From: an uncultured Bacteroidota bacterium
Lineage (GTDB): Bacteria > Bacteroidota > Ignavibacteria > Kryptoniales > JAKASW01
Length of the DNA stretch: 64,000 nt
NCBI GenBank assembly: GCA_963703215.1
Contig: OY969800.1
Location: forward strand, 3,151,297 to 3,215,296
Reading direction: 5' to 3'
Part shown: positions 28,574-35,198 of the stretch, piece after piece
Position numbering within the stretch: the first letter of the stretch is position 1
Layout: every line of letters starts with the position of its first letter
Made by a program: the position numbers and the translations under genes
Notes under the pieces: model-generated
The model's input: only the letters and a program-made list of their open reading frames with translations
Told to the model about the DNA's origin: nothing
The model's database searches: none

Positions 28574-28820
28574 GGTTTCCTTGTTAGGTTATTGGGGCCG
28601 GACTGAACAATAAAGGTTTTAAGGTACTGCAAAGAAGCAACGGCACCAAGCTGCGTTCCGCTATTTTCACATTACGTGCGCGGCACGAAGCGAGTCTCCA
28701 TGAAACACAATAATCGAGCGTTGTGATTCGCGTTGTTATACGCCGCCCAGCAATTCCTGTTCATTGACGGGCACGCGCGGGAGGCAATTAGGAGGACTGT
28801 ATTCGATTTCATTCTTGCTG

Positions 28821-29108
28821 TCATTTTGGTTTCTCTGTGGCTGACTCTTCCCCTTTCTTAACCATATCATTCGTGATTTGAACAGACAACCACAACACAA
28901 AGAGTATCATCGCGAAAAGCAGAAGCCACGACGGATAAATCCCAAAGAAGGTAAGCAAGGTTAGGATCACTGTCAGTAACCCTGTATTGATCAACTGTTG
29001 GATGAGAACATGCCTCCGCTTGTGATATCGCGGAATCAACCTTATCCAGGTCGCAAATAAAGAAACCAAGATCGAGACACCTATTACCTCTAGTACAAAA
29101 TAGAACAC
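28821..29108 (-). CDS. small membrane protein (cassette-like ORF)
   Basis: 95 aa with three hydrophobic helices and a charged C-terminus. Confidence 0.55.
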   Translation of the reverse strand: MFYFVLEVIGVSILVSLFATWIRLIPRYHKRRHVLIQQLINTGLLTVILTLLTFFGIYPSWLLLFAMILFVLWLSVQITNDMVKKGEESATEKPK

Positions 29109-29143
29109 TGGAATCTCCTGAAAGAAAAATATTTGATGATGCG

Positions 29144-29198
29144 TCGTAACAAGGGATTCGGCCGCATGTTCTTCAACAACCCGAATTCTGCCGTATTG
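29144..29198. repeat. short imperfect palindrome with an AAC core (attC-like candidate)
   Basis: gtcGTAAC-aagGGATTCGG-(19 nt)-CCGAATTCtgcc-gtattg. It lies 36 nt upstream of the ORF start at 29108 and directly abuts repeat copy R1. Confidence 0.3.
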
Positions 29199-29306
29199 TA
29201 TTTGCTTGCTTCTTTACTGCAAGAGTAAAATTATGATTAGCGAAGGAGAAATAAAAATTCATTTCCACGCACCGGAAGAAACTATGGGGGTGAGGTAGGG
29301 GCGGTA
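29192..29306. repeat. R-repeat copy 1 (about 115-nt intergenic repeat family)
   Basis: It shares ...cttctttactgcaa.ag...aaattatg...aggagaaataaaaattcattt...caccggaagaaactat.gggg tgag.gtagggg.ggta with copy 3, and the core with copies 2 and 4. It ends at the stop codon of 29307..29615. Confidence 0.75.
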
Positions 29307-29615
29307 TCATTGCTTCTTTCTGCTGACGATAATGCCTATGACAATTCCACCTATTGCCCCAAAGCCAAGGATCGGTCCGAATGAGCCGGTTATGATTGCA
29401 TCTGGTATACTCATTAACAAGCTAATGAGGAGGCCATTGACCCACCCTGGAAACGGAAGCGTCGTATTGGGAATTAGAAAACCTATTGCAAAGCGGCTCG
29501 TAAAAGCTCCAGCCATCGCGATATTTCGATTTGGTAAAGCCATGAACAGCATTGGGATGATATCAATAATTCCGAAAGCCAACCCTGCTATGAGACCAAC
29601 TCTTAGTCGTGACAT
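29307..29615 (-). CDS. small membrane protein (cassette-like ORF)
   Basis: 102 aa, Gly/Ile-rich, with 3-4 TM helices. Confidence 0.55.
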   Translation of the reverse strand: MSRLRVGLIAGLAFGIIDIIPMLFMALPNRNIAMAGAFTSRFAIGFLIPNTTLPFPGWVNGLLISLLMSIPDAIITGSFGPILGFGAIGGIVIGIIVSRKKQ

Positions 29616-29627
29616 TTTAACTCTCCT

Positions 29628-29945
29628 TTACTTTTTCGGTTGAGCCAGATCAAATGCCTCTTTTAACAATCGAGCGAATGATCTATTCAACTCCCGCTTG
29701 TCAGTGATTTTGTAGAAGTGATGGAATCTGTTCGCAGAGATTTGTTCGACCTTGCTTGCCGATGGAGCAGCTTTAGAGCGGTCGAGGACGACATTCACGC
29801 CTAGATAACTTTTCTTGGGATGGATAGCTATGAATGCCCGTTCTCGAACAATGTGAATGGATTCCTTTTTGGGTTCCACTTTATACGTTCCGATGGAGTC
29901 CAATAACTGCATCAGAGTCGTTTGTAAATCATCGACGGTATTCAT
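29628..29945 (-). CDS. DUF5655-like small protein
   Basis: 105 aa. The pattern ...ESIHIVRERAFIAIHPKKSYLGVNVVLDR....FHHFYKITDKRELNRSFARLLKEAF resembles the DUF5655 family, from memory only. Confidence 0.45.
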   Translation of the reverse strand: MNTVDDLQTTLMQLLDSIGTYKVEPKKESIHIVRERAFIAIHPKKSYLGVNVVLDRSKAAPSASKVEQISANRFHHFYKITDKRELNRSFARLLKEAFDLAQPKK

Positions 29946-30013
29946 GAGTTTCTGTTCCTTGAATGTGATTGAGTATGATAAATGCTAAACCGTTTTTCGC
30001 AGCCGCCATTTTC

Positions 30014-30098
30014 GCCTAGCGTGATACGGGAAGAAGTCGCGAGACGGGCGACCACCTTGCATATATAATCTGGAGCGTCTTTCTTCCGCATGTTAGCC
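30014..30098. repeat. attC-like imperfect palindrome A (85 bp)
   Basis: The left arm is GCCTAGC-gtgata-CGGGAAGAAGTCGC and the right arm is GCGTCTTTCTTCCG-cat-GTTAGCC. The TAA stop of the isochorismatase-family gene (30093-30095) lies inside the core GGCTAAC on the coding strand. Confidence 0.45.
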
Positions 30099-30650
30099 GC
30101 CGTTGCCCGAAAGGGCGTCAAAATCAATCTCACTTACTTCCTTCGTCTTAACAAACCATTCCGCCAGGACTTTATTGTGGTGCGCGATAATCTGCGATGC
30201 CGATAGAATGTCAGTGTCCCATGTGCTATGAGCGTCCTTTGCCAGAATCACTTGGTAACCCAAACTAAACGCGCGACGGCAAGTCGTGTCCACGCAAAAC
30301 TCAGTTTGCATGCCACATATGACAAGCGTCTTGATATTACGAGACTCCAACTGTTTCTGAAGCTCGGTGCCGTGGAACGAATCTGGCGTATCTTTCTCAA
30401 TGACAGCATCATTGCGCGATGGGGCGATGTCTGGGTGAATGTTCCATCCTGGAGTGCCGCGCTCTAACGGGTGTCCTCGCCCACCATTGTGTTGAACATA
30501 AATAATGGGGACAGAAGCAGCGCGCGCACCACTAATCAACCGCATCACTTGTGACAGTAAGTCCTTATCTCCCGCAATGGGCGGGATAATGGGACTCTTG
30601 AACACCCCGAGTTGCATATCAATCACAATCAATGCTATATCGCGTGGCAT
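30093..30650 (-). CDS. isochorismatase-family cysteine hydrolase
   Basis: ALIVIDMQLGVF contains the catalytic Asp region. TLVICGMQTEFCVDTTCRRA contains the catalytic Cys. 185 aa. Confidence 0.85.
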   Translation of the reverse strand: MPRDIALIVIDMQLGVFKSPIIPPIAGDKDLLSQVMRLISGARAASVPIIYVQHNGGRGHPLERGTPGWNIHPDIAPSRNDAVIEKDTPDSFHGTELQKQLESRNIKTLVICGMQTEFCVDTTCRRAFSLGYQVILAKDAHSTWDTDILSASQIIAHHNKVLAEWFVKTKEVSEIDFDALSGNGG

Positions 30651-30692
30651 ACGGAATAACTTCCTCTACTGATAGAAATCGCTCGGGCAATG

Positions 30693-30830
30693 GCGCCTAA
30701 CGTCCTGCCGGAAGAAGTCGTTGCTTTCGCTCGCTATAAATATTGCGCAACATCGAGTCATCGAGCAAAAGCAATGAAGCGAGAATGAAATGTAAAAATG
30801 ACGAGCGTCTTCTTCCGGCTTGTTATGCGC
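30693..30830. repeat. attC-like imperfect palindrome B (138 bp)
   Basis: gcGCCTAAC-gtcct-GCCGGAAGAAGTCG ... CGTCTTCTTCCGGC-tt-GTTATGCgc. The cores fit RYYYAAC / GTTRRRY: GCCTAAC on plus, GTTAGGC on minus. The arms are homologous to site A. The next ORF starts 45 nt beyond the core. Confidence 0.5.
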
Positions 30831-30865
30831 AGCGCCCAAATACGATTCAAAATCAGCAGCCACCT

Positions 30866-31312
30866 TCACTGAACTTTCACAACCTTAGTCAAGAGTTTGA
30901 ACGTGGAGTCTAGCGCCATTAGCTTAAATTCATACCGCCGTTCGGGATAAACAGTTACGAGTTCATATAACACATTCTCGAAAATACTGTCGGCCATTGG
31001 ATTAGAAATGGCTCTCGGTGAAACGAACAGGTCAACGGAATAAACATTTTGATTGGTAATGGCAAAGATTGCTCGGGCATTCTGCACTCGTGGAGACCAT
31101 ATTCCTTCCTTTTCGAGCAAGGCGACGATCACGAAAGCATCTGACTTAGACACCTCTGTCGAATCGTATAACATAGTGCATTGGGTATCCTTCGTGACTA
31201 TTTTAGCGTATCTCTCCTCGCTGTCACCCTTGGCTTGTTGCCTGTATTGCGCGAAGAGCAAGGTAGGGGCAAACAAAGCTAAGATGGTATACAGTAATCT
31301 TCTTGAAGTCAT
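30866..31312 (-). CDS. hypothetical secreted protein (cassette-like ORF)
   Basis: 148 aa with signal peptide MTSRRLLYTILALFAPTLLFAQ. No motif recognised. Confidence 0.6.
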   Translation of the reverse strand: MTSRRLLYTILALFAPTLLFAQYRQQAKGDSEERYAKIVTKDTQCTMLYDSTEVSKSDAFVIVALLEKEGIWSPRVQNARAIFAITNQNVYSVDLFVSPRAISNPMADSIFENVLYELVTVYPERRYEFKLMALDSTFKLLTKVVKVQ

Positions 31313-31331
31313 TTTATCAGACCTTTCTTAT

Positions 31332-31533
31332 TTCGGGCGTTGCGCATAACGTGCCGCGCGAAAAACGTCCGTGGCGAATTCGATTTTTTAATAAACATCA
31401 ACATAGAAAGGATATGCTATGATACGATCAATCACAAAGCTTTTTAACAAAATTCGCCATGGCGTTTTTTGCGGTGTTCCACGACGTTCGCGAAGCGATA
31501 CAAATAATGGAACAGCGCGAGATCGCGCGGCAC
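31332..31533. repeat. long nested inverted repeat C with GCATAAC / GTTCCAG cores
   Basis: aacgtgccgcgcg (31338-31350) is the perfect reverse complement of cgcgcggcacgtt (31514-31526). The inner arms aaaaacgtccgtggcgaatt (31351-31370) and aattcgccatggcgttttt (31441-31459) pair with one bulged base and one mismatch. Confidence 0.45.
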
Positions 31534-31731
31534 GTTCCAGCGGACAGCTCATGAGCGAAGCTCGCTCGATTGATGCCTTTCGCGTTGAGACAGGAAGTCG
31601 AAACGCGAACGATAAACCTGAAGATTCCATGTTAATTATGATAGTTGAGCATCCGGATGGAAGCGGTGAACTAAGAGGTGTAGAGGAAGACGATGGAGTC
31701 ATCAGCTTCACGCCTGAAAAATGGAAATACA

Positions 31732-32106
31732 TCAAATCCCTGGTGTTGCGCCAAATATAGTCATCCATTTTATGATAATGTTTTTCTTCAACTTTTTCTT
31801 TTTTAATGAACGCACGTATCCATCTACGCAGGATTGAATTTCGAAATCATGCAGTTTTCTATACGCGTATATTTCCATTGTTACAACATGATCATGCAGA
31901 GGAAATTTAAACCTATGCTGAAGCACTGGCGCTTCCATTTTGAACCTCCTAATTTCCAATATACCACAAAGCGAATGTCGTTTCGACGTTCGCATGACTG
32001 TTTTAATGAGCGCGTTCCAACACATGAAAACTATCATAGGCGTTGGATTGCGCGAATACTCTTTTGTGAGCCGCCACGGACGGCGGCGAATAAATTCAGG
32101 CATCAA
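31732..32106 (-). CDS. hypothetical protein (weak call; coding strand ambiguous in 31.5-32.1 kb)
   Basis: 124-aa ORF co-oriented with the array. Competing plus-strand ORFs exist, for example a 69-aa ORF from ATG 31552 to 31760 ending ...MLIMIVEHPDGSGELRGVEEDDGVISFTPEKWKYIKSLVLRQI. Confidence 0.25.
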   Translation of the reverse strand: MMPEFIRRRPWRLTKEYSRNPTPMIVFMCWNALIKTVMRTSKRHSLCGILEIRRFKMEAPVLQHRFKFPLHDHVVTMEIYAYRKLHDFEIQSCVDGYVRSLKKKKLKKNIIIKWMTIFGATPGI

Positions 32107-32125
32107 TCAGCTTCGCGAATGTCCG

Positions 32126-32297
32126 CTGGAACTACCATAAAAACGAATTTCATTTTTCCGCCACCGGCAGCGTGTTATACGCGCCATCACGTTTATTTTC
32201 TTCATCTCTGCAAAGCTCAAATTATGATTGGTCGAGGAGAAATAAAAATTCATTTGCCCGACCTGGAACAAATCATGAAGGGGCGGTAGGGCGGCGC
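32126..32297. repeat. R-repeat copy 2 (extended form: short AAC...GTTATAC palindrome plus R core)
   Basis: ctGGAAC at 32126-32132, the aaaaacgaa/ttcattttt palindrome, GTTATAC at 32174-32180, then the R core (ctgcaaagctcaaattatgattggtcgaggagaaataaaaattcatttgcccg...ggggcggtagggcgg). The left part is homologous to copy 4. Confidence 0.7.
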
Positions 32298-32328
32298 CAA
32301 ATATTATTCCTCAACCAGGTTTGAGCAG

Positions 32329-32700
32329 TCATAAGGTTTTCCCGACCCATTGGCCGACCGTAATCCTGTGACCCTCAGGTGATGCTATTCCAAACTCACG
32401 CATTTCCCAAGGTTTGGTTTCGATCGGAAAGAGAATCTTGATTCCCTTCCGTTTCAGGTCTTCATAATAGCCGTCCGCATCGTCGACGACTAGATAGCCG
32501 AAGTATCTGTGATCACCGAGTTTGCCGGGAGATATTGCGTCCGGACATTCTCCCAGCATCACCATACAATTGTCTCTCTGAAGGAACTTCCAACCGCCTG
32601 GCTCTGACACGATCTTGAATCCCAGAACTTCAAAAAAACTCGATGAGGCTTGTAGATCGTGCACGGCCAACACATAGTGGTTCTGAAGAATCTTTGCCAT
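32329..32700 (-). CDS. VOC/glyoxalase-bleomycin-resistance family protein
   Basis: 123 aa. HYVLAVHDLQASSSFFEVLGFKIV...GYLVVDDADGYYEDLKRKGIKILFPIETKPWEMREFGIASPEGHRITVGQ is typical of VOC-fold proteins. Confidence 0.8.
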   Translation of the reverse strand: MAKILQNHYVLAVHDLQASSSFFEVLGFKIVSEPGGWKFLQRDNCMVMLGECPDAISPGKLGDHRYFGYLVVDDADGYYEDLKRKGIKILFPIETKPWEMREFGIASPEGHRITVGQWVGKTL

Positions 32701-32715
32701 TATTACTCTCCGTTC

Positions 32716-32874
32716 GGTGAACGATTAATGAATGTTAGTGTGCCACTATAGCGTAATGTTGTTTACTGCTTCTTTACTGCAAAGCTTAAATTATGTTTGG
32801 CGGAGGAGAAATAAAAATTCATTTGCCCGCACCGGAAGAAACTATAGGGGTGAGGGTAGGGGTGGTATGTTATG
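32716..32874. repeat. R-repeat copy 3 with flanking cores (GGTGAAC ... GTTATGC)
   Basis: The R core at 32751-32868 is nearly identical to copy 1. GTTATGC at 32868-32874 contains the TAA stop of the DUF4386 gene on the coding strand (GCATAAC). Confidence 0.7.
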
Positions 32875-33583
32875 CGTTGGTGCTACCGTCGTCACGAGGC
32901 CTCACACCAACGATAAGCAAGTACAGTACCATCGAGATTTCTGCGATTGCTGACGGAATGACGACGAAGGAGTGAATCTTTTGACCGAAGTGGGGGACAA
33001 TGAAAGCAGCGAGCACGTCAATGAGGTAGCAGATGCCACCCACGATAAGAATCTCGCCGAGCCACTTGGGAAACATCTCTGATTTGTAAGCGAGATACCC
33101 AAGCGGCACTAACCACAGGCCAAAGAATATCTGCGCAATGAGGATACCATAGTGCTGGGTCTCAAGCAGAAGATATATGAGAGCATGTGAACCCTCGATG
33201 CCAAAGGCGGCAGCATATCCACTGTTGGTTGCCACACGCAAGCCTTCAAACTCGAAGACCGCATTGAGGCATCCGATGCCGGCAGCGAGACAGACGAGGA
33301 TTAACATTACCCTCGCCATGTTCTTGTTCACATGCTTCAGCAGGATGTAAAGGGTCAGGGCCAGAAAGACAAAGAATGTCTGATCCAACAGATCAGCGAC
33401 GACGCCTATGCGAACAAGTAAAGGGTTCGCGATGACATTGGCAGCCGTGGCCGCCGCGTTGCCGACAACGTACATCTTGGGTTCAACAAATCCTTCCGCA
33501 AAGCCGCCGAAGATGCCGACGAGCAGGTAGAGGACGCCCGCGATTCTCGCCGTTTTTTTGTTCGAATTCATTTTGTCATCCAT
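32870..33583 (-). CDS. DUF4386-like membrane protein
   Basis: 237 aa. ARIAGVLYLLVGIFGGFAEGFV is followed by multiple TM helices, a pattern I recognise as the DUF4386 family. Confidence 0.65.
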   Translation of the reverse strand: MDDKMNSNKKTARIAGVLYLLVGIFGGFAEGFVEPKMYVVGNAAATAANVIANPLLVRIGVVADLLDQTFFVFLALTLYILLKHVNKNMARVMLILVCLAAGIGCLNAVFEFEGLRVATNSGYAAAFGIEGSHALIYLLLETQHYGILIAQIFFGLWLVPLGYLAYKSEMFPKWLGEILIVGGICYLIDVLAAFIVPHFGQKIHSFVVIPSAIAEISMVLYLLIVGVRPRDDGSTNA

Positions 33584-33658
33584 TTGATTTTCTATTTGCT
33601 ATACCTGCTTTATTCTGTTTGCTACCCCGTTAGTTATGCAATGTCGCCTAAGCATGAC

Positions 33659-33848
33659 GCATAACCACCATAAACACATGTTTCGTTTTTCCGCCATCGG
33701 CAGCGTCTTATGAGCCATAACTTGCGGCGCAGACGCACCATTATGTTTATCTGATTCTTTCCTGCAAAGCACGTTTAAAATTATGATTAGCGGAGGAGAA
33801 ATAAAAATTGTTTTGACGAGGCGAAACGAATTATGAAGCTGCGGTAAG
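33659..33848. repeat. R-repeat copy 4 (extended, most diverged)
   Basis: GCATAAC at 33659-33665, then ccaccataaacacatgtttcgtttttccgccatcggcagcgtcttatg (homologous to copy 2), then ...cctgcaaagc...aaattatgattagcggaggagaaataaaaattg.... Just upstream, GTTATGC (33633-33639) forms a perfect 7-bp inverted repeat with GCATAAC. Confidence 0.65.
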
Positions 33849-33908
33849 AGGATGTGACTGTATTCCTCTGCTTTGCTAAAAACTCGCCCACCGATTAACT
33901 TTATAATT

Positions 33909-35198
33909 ATGGTGGACAAAACGTTCTACAAGTTGTTTGCGATTCTGTTCCTGACGTGTGCTGCACTTGTGCCGATGGAATCACTCGTCGCTCAGCCTTT
34001 TCCTCAAAGAGAAATCTTTCATCTGGCATCGTGGATATTGGATTCGTCGAGGGACAGCATCACCATCTCCTTTGCCTGCGCTATTCCGTACAACAGAATT
34101 ATTTTTGCGAAGGCAGAAAACGTTCCTGGCTCATCGGTCGTACACGATGTGTTCGAGGCGGACCTTTCATTTTCAATAGACGCCAGCGACTCCGTTACGG
34201 GAATAGATCACCACAGGTTAAGTCAAAGTAAGATCATCGCAAACGAGTTCTCCATTACACAAGACGCATCGCACAGAGCCGAAAACATCGTAACCATGAC
34301 GCTTCCGAAATCAGTCTATAAGATTTCTGCCGAAGTCCGGGATGATGACCAGCAGATTTCTTACATGAATACGACCGAGACCAAGAGACTGAATGATTCT
34401 TTAAGCACATTCACGTCGGTCTTCGCAGATTCAATGAATGACAGCGCCATGGCACCCATAATCATAAATGATGCTGCCCGTTTTCCGGGACCCATAATTT
34501 TCGCTCTTCTCACAAATGACAGCACGACTCGCGGTCTTAGCTTGAAGCTGGAGACTCTTGATGGTTCCATTATAAAATCAGATTCTCTTCCACCGCGGAA
34601 AGCAACATTTCAGCCAGTTGACTCGAACGGGAACGTCTCGTTTCAGATCGTTCATAGCATGGACCATTCACTCTATTTGGGCGAATTCAAAGTCGATACG
34701 CTCGATGAGGGCGAGTACCAAATCGAAGCGGACCTCAATGGTAAAGTGGACAAAATCCGGTTCAACTACCTCTGGATAGATAAGCCTGTTTCTTTGAGAA
34801 ATTTCAAAACTGCTCTTTCACTTTTGAAATACGTTGCACCTGACTCTGTCTTCTCCTATTTAAATTCTGGAAACGACAAGGAGCAGAGGGAAAAGTTCGG
34901 CCGGTATTGGAAGTCACGCGATCCAACACCTGAGACTGCCTATAACGAACTCGAGGCTGAATACTACGAGAGAGCCGATTATGCGTTCGAGCATTTCAGG
35001 ACAATCTCGGTTGACGACGGCACCGCTACCGACCGTGGAAAAGCATACATCCTGTTTGGAAAACCAATGAGTGTCAAGCGAGAATTCCGAAGCGATGGAA
35101 CTTATGAAATCTGGTATTATCCAAATCACAAAAAGAACTTGATATTCAAAGAAAAAGGTGTCGGCAATTTTGTCCTTTTCCAGACGGAGAATTTATGA
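33909..35198 (+). CDS. GWxTD-family domain protein (secreted)
   Basis: Signal peptide MVDKTFYKLFAILFLTCAALVPMESLVAQ (I prefer ATG 33909 over the track start at 33873). The C-terminus ...YWKSRDPTPETAYNELEAEYYERADYAFEHF...GTATDRGKAYILFGKP...YEIWYY matches the GWxTD domain pattern, with GTATD in place of GWxTD. Confidence 0.7.
   Translation: MVDKTFYKLFAILFLTCAALVPMESLVAQPFPQREIFHLASWILDSSRDSITISFACAIPYNRIIFAKAENVPGSSVVHDVFEADLSFSIDASDSVTGIDHHRLSQSKIIANEFSITQDASHRAENIVTMTLPKSVYKISAEVRDDDQQISYMNTTETKRLNDSLSTFTSVFADSMNDSAMAPIIINDAARFPGPIIFALLTNDSTTRGLSLKLETLDGSIIKSDSLPPRKATFQPVDSNGNVSFQIVHSMDHSLYLGEFKVDTLDEGEYQIEADLNGKVDKIRFNYLWIDKPVSLRNFKTALSLLKYVAPDSVFSYLNSGNDKEQREKFGRYWKSRDPTPETAYNELEAEYYERADYAFEHFRTISVDDGTATDRGKAYILFGKPMSVKREFRSDGTYEIWYYPNHKKNLIFKEKGVGNFVLFQTENL

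Noticed and set aside
30666-30869. 67-aa minus-strand ORF between the secreted-protein and isochorismatase-family genes.
   Set aside because: It coincides with palindromic site B, and its reading frame is a by-product of the inverted repeat. The same applies to 33599..33919 (over R copy 4), 32732..32975+ and 29332..29643+.
29232-33833. Conserved mini-ORF on the plus strand inside each R-repeat (MISEGEIKIHFHAPEETMGVR, MIGRGEIKIHLPDLEQIMKGR, MFGGGEIKIHLPAPEETIGV..., MISGGEIKIVLTRRNEL).
   Set aside because: Sequence conservation continues equally upstream of the ATG and past the stop codons. The substitutions are not biased to synonymous positions, and lengths and stops differ between copies. 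A nucleotide-level repeat explains this better than a peptide gene. Ribosome profiling would be needed to revive the idea.
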